Shown here piece by piece: positions 26,966 through 37,131 of a stretch of 64,000 nucleotides of DNA. Location: positions 8,200 through 72,199 of the forward strand of contig CAZSRD010000003.1 in assembly GCA_964609455.1 (NCBI GenBank). Reading direction: 5' to 3'. A program made the translations under genes and the position numbers. Source of the DNA: an uncultured Methanosarcinales archaeon (GTDB lineage: Archaea; Nanobdellota; Nanobdellia; Woesearchaeales; JACPBV01). The notes beneath the pieces were generated by a model. That model worked only from the letters and a program-made list of their open reading frames with translations. It was not told the DNA's origin and ran no database searches. Numbering within the stretch: position 1 is the first letter of the stretch; every line of letters begins with the position of its first letter.

Positions 26966-28352
26966 CTTCTTTTGGAGAGGCTTTTCCATTTGTTTTTTTC
27001 ATTACAATACCCACGATGAAGTTTAATGCTTTTTCTTTTCCTGATTTGTATTCTTCTACTGCTTTTGGCGCTTCTTTTATTGCTTCTTTGCAGAGCTTTT
27101 CTATCTCTCCTGAGTCAGATACTACATCTAATCTTTCTGTTTTAACATAATCTTTAATATCAAATGGCTTTTCAACTAACTTTTCTATTATTCTTTGAGC
27201 AGTTGTTTCTGTGATTTTGTTTTCTTCTATTAATTTCAATAGATCAATTAAATGGATGTCTTTAATTTCTGTTTCATTCAATTTCTTTTTATTATAGTTA
27301 AGCACCCTTGGAAGTTCTCGTCTTATCCATTTTGCAGCCAATTCTGGATTTATGGCAGTTGAGACAGCTTCGAACATTTCTGCTAAAGCTTTATCTTTTG
27401 AGATAACTTTTGCCATTTCTTCTGTAATCTTATGCTTGGTTGTGAATTTTTCCAATTTTTCATGTGCTAGTTCAGGCATTGTCTTTTTGATTTCATCAAT
27501 CCACTTTTTTGTCAGTTCTGTTTTTACCAAATCAGGATCTACAATATAACCATAATCAGCTTCTGTTTCTTTTGTTCTTAATGAAAATGTTAATCCTTTG
27601 TCAGAATCCCAGGCTCTAGTTTCAACTACTAGTTTTTTACCCTCTTGAACAGCTTGTTTTTGCCTTGCAACCTCATATCTTAATGCTCTTTCAATCTCTT
27701 TAAATCCTGTAATATTTTTTATCTCCGCTCTTGTGTAATTGGATTCTTTAATTGAGATATTAGCGTCTGCTTTAATTATGCAGTTATTCACATCAAATAT
27801 CTCTAGATATTCCAGAATTGTGATTAATTGTTTCATGAAGTTACGGGCTTCTCCTGGAGAAGTTAGGTCTGGTTCTGTTACAACCTCTACTAAAGGATCT
27901 CCGCTTCTGTTATAATCAACTAGAACAAATTTTGAATTTTGCATTCCTGCGGGATGGACTAGAGCAGCAGGGTCTTCTTCCATATGGATTCTAGTCAAGC
28001 CAATTTCTTTTCCATCTTCTAGTTTTATCTTTCCTCCTGTTGCCAATGGAATTTCATATTGTGAAATTTGATAGTTCTTTGCCATGTCTGGATAGAAATA
28101 AGATTTTCTTGAGAAAATCAGTTCTGGAGCAATCTTTGATTGTGTTGCCAAAGCTAGTTTTAAGGCATATTCAACTGCTTTTTTGTTTAATACTGGTTTT
28201 GAGCCAGGATGGCCTAAGCAGACAGGGCAGGTTCTTGTGTTTGGCTCTTCATTTTCTTCACCTGCTCTTTTACATCCGCAGAATAGTTTTGAATCTGTCT
28301 TTAGCTCAATATGCACTTCCATTCCTATAACCATGTCTGAGGTGAATTTCAT
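26931..28352 (-). CDS. gatB: Asp/Glu-tRNA(Asn/Gln) amidotransferase subunit B
   Basis: Typical GatB N-terminus MVIGMEVHIEL...LFCGC and C-terminal YqeY-like domain. Confidence 0.88.
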   Translation of the reverse strand: MKFTSDMVIGMEVHIELKTDSKLFCGCKRAGEENEEPNTRTCPVCLGHPGSKPVLNKKAVEYALKLALATQSKIAPELIFSRKSYFYPDMAKNYQISQYEIPLATGGKIKLEDGKEIGLTRIHMEEDPAALVHPAGMQNSKFVLVDYNRSGDPLVEVVTEPDLTSPGEARNFMKQLITILEYLEIFDVNNCIIKADANISIKESNYTRAEIKNITGFKEIERALRYEVARQKQAVQEGKKLVVETRAWDSDKGLTFSLRTKETEADYGYIVDPDLVKTELTKKWIDEIKKTMPELAHEKLEKFTTKHKITEEMAKVISKDKALAEMFEAVSTAINPELAAKWIRRELPRVLNYNKKKLNETEIKDIHLIDLLKLIEENKITETTAQRIIEKLVEKPFDIKDYVKTERLDVVSDSGEIEKLCKEAIKEAPKAVEEYKSGKEKALNFIVGIVMKKTNGKASPKEVNEILKKLIEL

Positions 28353-29677
28353 TTTTCTAGTTTTGAACCTGCTTGTATTAATTTTTCTTCTTGTAAATGA
28401 TCTCCTATGAGCATTAAGCCTATTGGCATTTTGTCTTTATTGAAACCAACCGGGATTGTAACATGGGGTAAGCCTGCTAGATTAGGTCCAACTGTCAGGA
28501 TATCTGCCATGTAGTTCTGTAATGGAGTTAGTTTTTCTATATCTTTGAATTTTGGAGCAACAAATGGCATTGTTGGCGATACTAATAAATCAACTTTTTT
28601 GAAGGCTTTTTTGTATTCTTCAATTATTTTGGTTCTTACTTTTGCTGCTTTAATGTAATAAGCATCCCTGTAGCCAGCCATTCTTGCGAATGTTCCAATA
28701 ATTATTCTTCTTTTGCTTTCATCGTTGAAATAGTCACTTCTTACTTTTGAGAAATATTCATTAAAATTACCATTTATTGGCTCTGCTGCGCCGTAACGCA
28801 TTCCGCAGAACTTTGCTAAGTTTGTAGAGGCTTCACACATTGCTAATAGATAATAAGTTTTTACACCATATTTTTGTGTTAATGGCAAAGAGATTTCTAT
28901 TGTTTTTGCTCCTTGTTCTTCTAAAGATTTTATTGCAGCTTTTACTTTATTTTTTACTTCTTCATCTATACCTTTACCGAAGGCTTCTTTTATTATTCCT
29001 ATCTTCATTCCTTTTATATCTTTTTTTAGGAAATCTGTGTATTTTGGTACTGGTACATCTAATGTTGTACTTTCATTTTCATCAAAACCTGCGATAATCT
29101 CTAACATTAGAGCAATGTCTTTCATTGATTTTGCCATTGGCCCTATTTTGTCTAAACTGTTAGCGTAATCCATCAATCCGTATCTTGAGACTCTTCCATA
29201 TGTGGGGCATAGCCCTATAACGCCGCAGAAAGAAGCTGGGCATACAATGGAGCCGCCTGTTGATTCTGATAAAGCGATGTGTGGAAATTCAGCTTTTTGT
29301 GTAAAGCCAGCTGCTCCTCCCGAAGAACCACCGCATGCTCTTTCTTTGTCAAATGGGTTAAGAGGAATTTTCATGTCTTTTCCTACATTAACAGAGAAAG
29401 AACCAAAGCCAAAGGCGTCTTGAGCTGTTTTTCCTATTATTATTGCACCAGCTTTTTTTATTTTTTCAATTACAGTTGCGTCAAATACAGGTTCATAGCC
29501 TTGTAGAATCTTAGAGCCAGCTCTTGATTCAAGATCTTTGACACAGATACAGTCTTTGACAGAAACTGCTATTCCATCTAGTTTACCGCTGCCTTCTTTC
29601 TTCGGTTCTTCATCTATTTTATTAAAATAATTATACTCTTTGTTTATTCTCTCTGTTTCTTCAATGATTTTGATCAT
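28349..29677 (-). CDS. gatA: Asp/Glu-tRNA amidotransferase subunit A (amidase family)
   Basis: Amidase signature GGSSGGAAG and Ser-cisSer-Lys region. Confidence 0.88.
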   Translation of the reverse strand: MIKIIEETERINKEYNYFNKIDEEPKKEGSGKLDGIAVSVKDCICVKDLESRAGSKILQGYEPVFDATVIEKIKKAGAIIIGKTAQDAFGFGSFSVNVGKDMKIPLNPFDKERACGGSSGGAAGFTQKAEFPHIALSESTGGSIVCPASFCGVIGLCPTYGRVSRYGLMDYANSLDKIGPMAKSMKDIALMLEIIAGFDENESTTLDVPVPKYTDFLKKDIKGMKIGIIKEAFGKGIDEEVKNKVKAAIKSLEEQGAKTIEISLPLTQKYGVKTYYLLAMCEASTNLAKFCGMRYGAAEPINGNFNEYFSKVRSDYFNDESKRRIIIGTFARMAGYRDAYYIKAAKVRTKIIEEYKKAFKKVDLLVSPTMPFVAPKFKDIEKLTPLQNYMADILTVGPNLAGLPHVTIPVGFNKDKMPIGLMLIGDHLQEEKLIQAGSKLEK

Positions 29678-29678
29678 C

Positions 29679-30215
29679 TTATTTGATTGTTATCTTGTTT
29701 ATTATAACATCCTCAACCGGCTTATCGTTTGCTCCTGTTTGCACTTTTCCAATTGCTTCTACAACATCCATTCCTTGTGTTACTTTGCCAAACACTGCGT
29801 GTTTGCCATCAAGCCAAGGTGTTGGTGCTAATGTTATGAAGAATTGAGAACCTCCAGTATTGGGGCCTGCGTTTGCCATTGATAAGATTCCTGCTGAGTC
29901 ATGCTTCAAGCCAGGATGGAATTCGTCCTCTATTGTGTAGCCTGGGCCTCCTGTGCCTCTGCCATCAGGGTCTCCACCTTGTATCATGAAACCATCAATA
30001 ACTCTGTGGAAGATTAAGCCATCATAGAATCCTTTATTTACTAAGCCTATGAAATTTTGTGTTGTTATTGGTGCTTTATCTGTGAATAGTTCTATCTCAA
30101 ATGTTCCTTTATTTGTTTCAAAAACTGCTGTTTTGCCCATTTTATTTCCTCCTGTATTTGAACAACTAATCATAAAAAAGGTTAATGCCAAAATTACTAA
30201 TAGTTTTTTAATCAT
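29679..30215 (-). CDS. ppiB: cyclophilin-type peptidyl-prolyl isomerase, lipoprotein
   Basis: [15 protein letters not shown] cyclophilin core; signal with lipobox MISCS. Confidence 0.85.
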   Translation of the reverse strand: MIKKLLVILALTFFMISCSNTGGNKMGKTAVFETNKGTFEIELFTDKAPITTQNFIGLVNKGFYDGLIFHRVIDGFMIQGGDPDGRGTGGPGYTIEDEFHPGLKHDSAGILSMANAGPNTGGSQFFITLAPTPWLDGKHAVFGKVTQGMDVVEAIGKVQTGANDKPVEDVIINKITIK

Positions 30216-30216
30216 T

Positions 30217-30501
30217 TTACACTGCCATTGGCCCTTTTATGTAGCCATCTTTGTTCTCTTTTGAGTTTTTTAGTGCTTCTTTTTGAGATAGGCATTTAGC
30301 TATCTTATCCTCTCTTAGCCTGTTTTTCAGTTCAACAGGCTGGAAAGAAGGCTTAGTATCTTTTGTATCAACTTCATCTAATTTAGAGAATGCTTCCAGA
30401 ATCTCTTTTAACTGAGGTAAGAACTTCTTTATTTCTGCTTCTGTCAGCTTTAGCCTTGCGAGCTCTGCAGTGTGCTCTATCAACTCTTTGCCTACTTTCA
30501 T
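30217..30501 (-). CDS. gatC: Asp/Glu-tRNA amidotransferase subunit C
   Basis: 94 aa; GatC-like [18 protein letters not shown]; first gene of a gatC-ppi-gatA-gatB operon. Confidence 0.7.
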   Translation of the reverse strand: MKVGKELIEHTAELARLKLTEAEIKKFLPQLKEILEAFSKLDEVDTKDTKPSFQPVELKNRLREDKIAKCLSQKEALKNSKENKDGYIKGPMAV

Positions 30502-30587
30502 TATAAGGAGAATGATTCTTAATTGCTTTAAATAATTTGCGGCTTGGGTTAATCAAAACATAAGTTTTTTAAATTAGCTATTTTAAT

Positions 30588-31244
30588 ATGTTTGTAGGTG
30601 TTTTTATGAGATATGATTTACACATTCACACACATGATTCGGCTTGCTCTGTTTTAAAACCCAAAACTATCTTAAAGATAGCTAAGAGAGCAAGATTAGA
30701 TGGAATAGCGGTTGTGGATCATAATACTACAAAAGGTGGAAAGGAGGTTTATAAGCTGAATAAGGATAAGGATTTTGAAGTTATTCCAGGGATTGAGGTC
30801 AGTACAGACAGGGGGCATGTTCTTGGTTTGTATGTAAATGAGGAAATAAAGTCAAGGGATTTTTTTAAAGTTTCAGATGAAATAAAGGAACAAGGGGGCA
30901 TTGTTATTATAGCACACCCTTTTAGGATTTTACCTCAATTGAGGTCTCATTTTGAAGGTGTTAACGTTAGTAAATTTCTAGATGGTGTTGAGTGTTATAA
31001 TGCCAGGACGTCTTATTTTGGGAATAGGGATGCAATAAAATTTGCATTAAAAAACAATTTGGCTAAGACAGGAGGCTCAGATTCACACTTTTCTTTTGAG
31101 ATAGGAAGGTGCGTTACTTTATTTGATGGTGATTTAAGAAAAGCCATTAAACTAAGAAGCACCAAGGTTAGTGGAAGTAATATTACAGGCCTGGCAGGAT
31201 CAGTTTTTAGTTTTTTCAATAAACACCTGCTCAGAAGGTGGTAA
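30588..31244 (+). CDS. PHP-domain metal-dependent phosphoesterase
   Basis: YDLHIHTHDS and VVDHNT motifs of the PHP family. Confidence 0.7.
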   Translation: MFVGVFMRYDLHIHTHDSACSVLKPKTILKIAKRARLDGIAVVDHNTTKGGKEVYKLNKDKDFEVIPGIEVSTDRGHVLGLYVNEEIKSRDFFKVSDEIKEQGGIVIIAHPFRILPQLRSHFEGVNVSKFLDGVECYNARTSYFGNRDAIKFALKNNLAKTGGSDSHFSFEIGRCVTLFDGDLRKAIKLRSTKVSGSNITGLAGSVFSFFNKHLLRRW

Positions 31245-31245
31245 T

Positions 31246-31770
31246 ATGTTATTATTTATTCTACAATGTTTTTACTTTATGTTTCCAGCATATATTGCAA
31301 ATATGGCTCCGGTTATAGTAAGGAATTGGTTTAAAAAAATTGCTTTTCCAATTGATTTTGGCAGAAATATATTTGGGAACAATAAGACTTTTAGGGGGCT
31401 GATATTTGGTGTTTTATCTGCTATAATTATTGCTTATCTTCAGTTTTTACTTTACAATCTTGCTTTTTTTAGAAATTTAAGTTTTATCAATTATTCTAAT
31501 TGGCTTTTAATCGGATTTTTAATGGGTTTTGGCGCTATTTTTGGTGATATGTTTGAGAGTTTCATTAAAAGAAGGTTAGGTATAAAACCTGGACAAAGAT
31601 TCATCCCTTGGGACCAGCTTGATTTTGTTTTTGGGGCTTTGGTTTTTGTTGAGATTGTTCTTGATTTAAGCTGGAAAAAAATCTTTTTTATTGCTATCAT
31701 AAGCATATTGGGGCATATCTTAGTTAATCATGCAGCTTTTTATTTGGGCATAAGAAAAGAAAAATGGTAG
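31246..31770 (+). CDS. carS: CDP-archaeol synthase (listed ORF starts at 31171, overlapping the previous gene; ATG at 31246 follows its stop)
   Basis: DUF46/CarS membrane protein with KTFRG and GDMFESFIKRRLGIKPGQ motifs. Confidence 0.72.
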   Translation: MLLFILQCFYFMFPAYIANMAPVIVRNWFKKIAFPIDFGRNIFGNNKTFRGLIFGVLSAIIIAYLQFLLYNLAFFRNLSFINYSNWLLIGFLMGFGAIFGDMFESFIKRRLGIKPGQRFIPWDQLDFVFGALVFVEIVLDLSWKKIFFIAIISILGHILVNHAAFYLGIRKEKW

Positions 31771-32378
31771 CTCTGGTCATTTTATTAGGGGTTGTATTGG
31801 TAATATTTCTTTTTTTAATATTTTATCAATTTATTTTTTTAAGGGATCCTTTAAGGAGTGTTCCTTCTAGTGATAGTATAGTTGCTCCTGCAGATGGAAA
31901 AATTATAAGTATTGTGAAGGTTAGTAGTAGTAAAACCAAAATAAATAAGGGATTAATTGGGAAGGTAAACATTTTGTGTTCTGATGTTGTAAAAGAGGGT
32001 TATTTAATCTCTATTTTTATGTCAGTTTTTAATGTTCATGTTAATAGGGCCCCTCTTGCTGGGGAAATTTTGAGTATTAAACATAAAAAAGGTAATTTCT
32101 TTAGAGCATTTGATTTTGAAAAAAGCCTTCTTAATGAAAGCAATGAGATTATTATGAAAACAAGCATAGGCAAGGTCAAATTAATACAAATAGCTGGTTT
32201 TATTGCAAGGAGGATAGAATGCTTTGTAAAGGAAAATCAGAAAGTTAATAAAGGCCAAAAAATTGGCAGGATTGTTATGGGCAGCCAGGTAAGCTTGATA
32301 TTGCCTATTAGTGTCAAATTAATTGTTAAGAAAGGAGACAAGGTTAGAGCTGGGGAGACCATAATCGCTGAAAAATGA
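31764..32378 (+). CDS. asd: archaetidylserine decarboxylase proenzyme-like (PSD family)
   Basis: PSD-like FNVHVNRAP and GSQ self-cleavage-type motif; adjacent to carS and CDP-OH transferases. Confidence 0.6.
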   Translation: MVALVILLGVVLVIFLFLIFYQFIFLRDPLRSVPSSDSIVAPADGKIISIVKVSSSKTKINKGLIGKVNILCSDVVKEGYLISIFMSVFNVHVNRAPLAGEILSIKHKKGNFFRAFDFEKSLLNESNEIIMKTSIGKVKLIQIAGFIARRIECFVKENQKVNKGQKIGRIVMGSQVSLILPISVKLIVKKGDKVRAGETIIAEK

Positions 32379-33421
32379 TTAGAAAGAGATTTCGAATAAA
32401 GAATATGTTTACTTTGTTGTTATTAAGGTTTCTTTTGACTTTACTTGTTTTTTTAACATTATTCCTTGATCGTTCTAATGTTGCTTTATACCTTTTTATC
32501 TTAACTGCATTTGTTGCTTTTTTTGATGGTTTTTTAGCTAAAAGGAATAAAGTAAGGTCCCAGTTAAGGTCTATACTAGATCCTTTTGCTGATAAATTTT
32601 TTATTAATCTTACAGCCATTGCCTTGTTTTTTAAAGGCATTTTGCCTTTTTGGGTTATGTTTGTCTTTCTCATTAAGGATTTGCTGCTTGTATTTGGAGC
32701 TTTGTTTATGTTGATTAAAAATGCTAAAACAGTTTTTAGAACTAATGTTATTGACAAGATTGCTGTTTTTATACAGTTATTTACATTATTTCTTATTTTA
32801 AACGGAAGAGTTGATTATGTTCTGATATGGATATCTGCCATATTTGTTGTGCTTTCTTTTGTTACGACCTTATTTAGATCAGGAATCAGGGTAGTAAGAT
32901 ACAAAACAGATTTGGAGGAAATAAGATTTAGTAAACTGTTGAAGCTGCCAGACTTATTAACATTAGCGAATATCCTAATGGGGCTTATAGCCATACTATT
33001 TGCTATCAATGGCCAATATTCTATCTCCATCTATGCCTTGTTAGCTGCTGTGGCACTAGATTTTTTTGATGGCAAGCTGGCTAGACTGATCAAAAGAGAA
33101 GGAGAGTTTGGCAAGCAGCTTGATAGCTTGGCAGATACCATAAGCTTTGGTGTTGCTCCTGCAATTTTTGGATTTACCCTTATACAAAACAATTTCGCTC
33201 TTATTGTATTTGCCCTTTTTTTATTTGCTGGCGTATTAAGGTTAGCAAGGTATAACATTATGGAATTTAGCGGAGAATTTGCCGGAATGCCAATAACTGT
33301 TAATGGGGTTGTGATCCCATTAATTTATTTGTTTAAGGTCCCTTTTTTTGTTTATCCTTATATCTACCTGTTTTTAGCTATACTTATGGTTAGCCCTATT
33401 AAGGTTAAAAAGCTGTTTTAA
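32375..33421 (+). CDS. tandem CDP-alcohol phosphatidyltransferase protein (two CDP-OH_P_transf domains; second matches archaetidylserine-synthase-type signature)
   Basis: First domain DGFLAKRNKVRSQLRSILDPFAD (degenerate), second DGKLARLIKREGEFGKQLDSLAD (perfect D-G-x2-A-R-x8-G-x3-D-x3-D); polytopic membrane protein. Confidence 0.68.
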   Translation: MIRKRFRIKNMFTLLLLRFLLTLLVFLTLFLDRSNVALYLFILTAFVAFFDGFLAKRNKVRSQLRSILDPFADKFFINLTAIALFFKGILPFWVMFVFLIKDLLLVFGALFMLIKNAKTVFRTNVIDKIAVFIQLFTLFLILNGRVDYVLIWISAIFVVLSFVTTLFRSGIRVVRYKTDLEEIRFSKLLKLPDLLTLANILMGLIAILFAINGQYSISIYALLAAVALDFFDGKLARLIKREGEFGKQLDSLADTISFGVAPAIFGFTLIQNNFALIVFALFLFAGVLRLARYNIMEFSGEFAGMPITVNGVVIPLIYLFKVPFFVYPYIYLFLAILMVSPIKVKKLF

Positions 33422-33432
33422 TAATAATGTAG

Positions 33433-34491
33433 GTGATGTATATGTCTAAAATAGAGTTAAAAGGCAAGAAAATAAGATTATTTTTCCATACAGATTTAGA
33501 TGGTGTAATTTCTACAAATTTGATTCAACTGTTTTCTGGAGCAACGATTGTTCAGTATGTTCCATGCTCTTATTCAGAGTATAGGGGGAATTTAGATAAA
33601 TCTAATCCTGCTATCTTGAATGTCTTTGTTGATTGTCGTTCGGCTAATAGGGACGAAGACATCAGAATAGATCATCATGCATCAGGAGAAGAGGCTACTT
33701 ATTTAAAACGTGAAGGGATACTCTTACAACCTAATTACAGGAGTGCTGTGTCGTTGGTTGCACATAATTTTAGTATTCATATCCCTAAACAAATTTTAGA
33801 AGAAATGGATAAGGCAGATTCTGGAGAACCCAATATTTTTTCTAAGTTTATTTTTGGAGATAAGACTATGTATAAGATATTGTTTAGGCCTGGCCTTAAA
33901 TCAGATGACTATAGGGATTATGAGCAATTTAAGGATAAATTGCTTGGGTTTATGGTTAGAGGTTTTGCCATTGAAGATATACAAGATACCCCTAAGGGTT
34001 ATGAAAGAAAAATGGAAAAGAGATTTAAGGTAGTGGTTGAAGAAATAAAGAGGCCTGGTGCTCCTCTTATTAAGCTGGTTCATAGCCCAACAGACGAAGG
34101 AATTTTCCTTGAACACGTGTTTAAGATGACAGATGCTGAATTTTTTGGTCATGTGCTTCCTTTTGTACAGCAGCATTATTATATTGAAAGCACCAAGGAT
34201 AAAATAGGCATCTATGTGGTTGTTGGGTTCACAGCACATAATTACGAGTTTGATGATAAATGCAGAAAAATCTTAAAAGGGCACCCGGAACCCTTCCAGA
34301 TATTTGTTTCTAGAAGCAATCAGAATGCAACCATAAACATTGGCAGCCTTATTCAGGAGGTAAAAAAACATACTGGGATTGCGAATGGAGGGGGGAGGGA
34401 TTCAGTAGGAGGAATGAATACCAATGATAAAAGCAAAGCGGTTGCAGCTTTAAGATTTATAACAGAGTTCATAAGAAAAAATTTACCTTAA
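33433..34491 (+). CDS. DHH/DHHA1 family phosphoesterase (NrnA-like)
   Basis: FHTDLDGVIST, IRIDHHASG (DHH) and C-terminal GGGRDSVGG (DHHA1 GGGH-like). Confidence 0.6.
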   Translation: MMYMSKIELKGKKIRLFFHTDLDGVISTNLIQLFSGATIVQYVPCSYSEYRGNLDKSNPAILNVFVDCRSANRDEDIRIDHHASGEEATYLKREGILLQPNYRSAVSLVAHNFSIHIPKQILEEMDKADSGEPNIFSKFIFGDKTMYKILFRPGLKSDDYRDYEQFKDKLLGFMVRGFAIEDIQDTPKGYERKMEKRFKVVVEEIKRPGAPLIKLVHSPTDEGIFLEHVFKMTDAEFFGHVLPFVQQHYYIESTKDKIGIYVVVGFTAHNYEFDDKCRKILKGHPEPFQIFVSRSNQNATINIGSLIQEVKKHTGIANGGGRDSVGGMNTNDKSKAVAALRFITEFIRKNLP

Positions 34492-34528
34492 TCCTTCTTT
34501 TTTGTTTCTTTTTTATACTTACACTTTT

Positions 34529-34993
34529 TTAGAAGATTAGGAACAAGAGTATTGCTACTACAACAAAGATGATATTTTTTAAGATGTCAATTGTTGATTC
34601 TTTTTTGCTATTTGTTGATAATAAGGTTCCTGTTGGCAGGCCGTAAAGGAATATTAAGGAAGCTTCTATTGTAAATAAGTTCAATGTTTTTGAAGATAGG
34701 TAGAATATTATTGATAAAATGATATATGTATAGATTATATCATCAAACTTCTTTTTTAAGTAATTTTTCATCACATAGTTTACAATGCATGCCAGCAGCA
34801 ATAACACTGCTATGTAGCTAAAGCCCATGACCAATAAAAAAATGAAGATTAAGGATAAGAGTGCTTTTTGCAGAAAAATAAAGTATTTTTTTCCTGATTT
34901 AAGCTCTTCTTTTGCTATCAAAGAAAGGACATAACCTACAAGTAGTCCTAGATACGCCACTATAGCTGTTAAAGAATAATTTAAGAAATTCAT
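34529..34993 (-). CDS. membrane protein
   Basis: 154 aa, 4-5 TM helices. Confidence 0.45.
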   Translation of the reverse strand: MNFLNYSLTAIVAYLGLLVGYVLSLIAKEELKSGKKYFIFLQKALLSLIFIFLLVMGFSYIAVLLLLACIVNYVMKNYLKKKFDDIIYTYIILSIIFYLSSKTLNLFTIEASLIFLYGLPTGTLLSTNSKKESTIDILKNIIFVVVAILLFLIF

Positions 34994-35424
34994 AAACCAT
35001 CAAGTTCTCTTACTCTTCTTTGATGCCGCGCTTCTTTTGAAAACTGAGTTGTTAGGAAAGTTTTGACTATTTTTTTATAGTCTTTTGCTGAACTTGTTCT
35101 ACCGCCCAGCGTTAAAATATTTGCGTTGTTATGCTCTCTAGCTACTTTTGCTGTGTATTCATCATAAGCTAATGCAGCCCTAACACCTTTTACTTTATTG
35201 GCTGCTATTGCCATCCCTAGGCCAGAACCACATATAAGGATGCCTTTGGTTTTAGTTTCAGCAACCTTTTTAGCTGCCTTTTTCCCGATTAAAGGATAAT
35301 CTACTGATTCCTCTGAATCTGCGCCAATGTCTTCAACATCATAATTCAAATCTTTTAGATATTGCTTTATCTTCTCTTTTAATTGAAAACCTGCATGGTC
35401 TGATCCAATTATTATTTTATTCAT
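34990..35424 (-). CDS. rpiB: ribose-5-phosphate isomerase B
   Basis: RpiB/LacAB motifs IIGSDHAGF and ILICGSGLGMAIAANK. Confidence 0.85.
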   Translation of the reverse strand: MNKIIIGSDHAGFQLKEKIKQYLKDLNYDVEDIGADSEESVDYPLIGKKAAKKVAETKTKGILICGSGLGMAIAANKVKGVRAALAYDEYTAKVAREHNNANILTLGGRTSSAKDYKKIVKTFLTTQFSKEARHQRRVRELDGL

Positions 35425-36133
35425 TTTTTACATCAACTACTAAGTCTTCAATATATTCTTTTTCTTCTGCAAAGATTCTTATTTGGCAAAGGTATTGGTC
35501 GTCTGGCACTTTGCTTTTAAGCCTTAAAAGCAATATGTTTGTTTTATAATCTCCTGTTTTAATGATGCCTATATTTCTTTTGAATGGTTCCTCCATAACC
35601 TCTTTTGGGCATGTTAGATATATATCCACACCTTCTCTTGGGGCACAATCAGGTTCACAATTATCTTCTGTATAACAAGGGCAATCTGTAATGTCCATCA
35701 AGCAAGGAGATTTTTTGTTATTATCATCGCAGCTCATTCCTGTGAACAAACCAGTTTCACAGTCTGGATCATTAGCTTCATTACATCCATCCTCTCTAAA
35801 ACATATACCATCAGCCTTCCCACACATATTATCTGTTCTGGTAAACTGCCTATTCAACCAATCGTCTTGTGACGGATTTAGAATGTTAATTTTTAATACT
35901 TGTACTTCGTCTTGAGGTGTTTTAATAGGATTTCTTGATAAGGTTATTGGGCGTGATAGAGTTGGTTTTGGAGGCTCTGGCTCTTGTGAGATCTGCTCAT
36001 CAAATCTCATGAACATTTTTCCTAGAACACCTTTGATAAATACTAATCCGAGGCTTAGGAATGCTATTGCCAGAATTAAAATTACTATTGCACCTACAGA
36101 AATCTCCATTGCCCCTTTTTTGTTCTGTTTCAT
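35417..36133 (-). CDS. Cys-rich secreted protein with class-III (prepilin-like) signal
   Basis: N-terminus MKQNKKGAMEISVGAIVILILAIAF resembles archaeal pilin signals; Cys-rich core (CGKADGICFREDGC, CDDNN, CEPDC) resembles the element protein at 6394-7422. Confidence 0.5.
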   Translation of the reverse strand: MKQNKKGAMEISVGAIVILILAIAFLSLGLVFIKGVLGKMFMRFDEQISQEPEPPKPTLSRPITLSRNPIKTPQDEVQVLKINILNPSQDDWLNRQFTRTDNMCGKADGICFREDGCNEANDPDCETGLFTGMSCDDNNKKSPCLMDITDCPCYTEDNCEPDCAPREGVDIYLTCPKEVMEEPFKRNIGIIKTGDYKTNILLLRLKSKVPDDQYLCQIRIFAEEKEYIEDLVVDVKNE

Positions 36134-36216
36134 ATTATGATTTATAATTCTAGACTTTTTAAATCTTTCTAAGGGTTTCGACCTTAGACCCGTGTTACTA
36201 TAGAATGAGTTTTCAT

Positions 36217-37131
36217 TTAGATAGTTATTAAGTATAATCCACCTATCATGAGTAATGCTGAAATTATTTTTAAAGTTATAGTTTTTTTAGTAATTTCTTC
36301 TTTTAATATTTTGGGTAGAAATACTGAAATTAGGACTACAAAGACTATTACAAATAATGATTCTGTCCCTTCTATTAAACTTACTAAGGAAACCGGGCCT
36401 TTTTGTATTGCTATATAGGAGAATACCATACCAATAATCCCTGCACATTCAGAAGCGTATATTAACACCATTTTTTTAACATTTAACTGTTTTAAATCTT
36501 CTTTTGTTTTCTTTCTGATACTTCTTGAGAAAATAAAAAGGGATGAAAATATTCCTAAAAAGAGAGCTTCTCTTACAAGCATCATACTTACAAAATCCAC
36601 TTCAGATATTATTTTTAAGATAATGTTTTGTATTCCCAGGAAAATTATTGAAAAAAGCGCCATAATCATTCCTGTAGATAGGGCGAATCTTTCATCTACT
36701 TTTTTTATTGATATGAGCATACTGCCAGTTATGATAAGCGGGAAAGCTAGGTAATCTTTTAGTGTTAAAACCTCTTTCAAGAAAATAGTTGATAGTATTA
36801 ATACTATTAACGGACTAAGCCCAAAAAATGTTGTTACTCTTGATACTTCCTCTTTGTGTATGCTCTCTAAATAAAACCAGAACGTCATAATGCCTAATCC
36901 GGCTGAAACTAAAATCAATAAGATCATTTTTAGTGATGGTAGATTGAACTTGCCAAAAAATAGAAGAGCTAGACTGAATAATGTTACCGGAGCTGTAATG
37001 ATAAGATAACCAATCGTGCTTTTAATGTAATTTACCCTAACAAATTTTAGGATTACTGCTGATACAGACCAGATAATTGTAGCAGCGATTGCAAAAAAGA
37101 ACCAGGCTATTTCCATCTGGAATGGCCCCAC
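36217..37131 (-). CDS. EamA/DMT family transporter
   Basis: 10 predicted TM helices in two 5-TM halves. Confidence 0.7.
   Translation of the reverse strand: MGPFQMEIAWFFFAIAATIIWSVSAVILKFVRVNYIKSTIGYLIITAPVTLFSLALLFFGKFNLPSLKMILLILVSAGLGIMTFWFYLESIHKEEVSRVTTFFGLSPLIVLILSTIFLKEVLTLKDYLAFPLIITGSMLISIKKVDERFALSTGMIMALFSIIFLGIQNIILKIISEVDFVSMMLVREALFLGIFSSLFIFSRSIRKKTKEDLKQLNVKKMVLIYASECAGIIGMVFSYIAIQKGPVSLVSLIEGTESLFVIVFVVLISVFLPKILKEEITKKTITLKIISALLMIGGLYLITI

Noticed and set aside
28040-29506. Plus-strand ORFs within the gatB/gatA region (28040-28410, 28840-29097, 29202-29506)
   Set aside because: They are shadow ORFs of the gatAB coding strand; Leu/Phe-rich nonsense.
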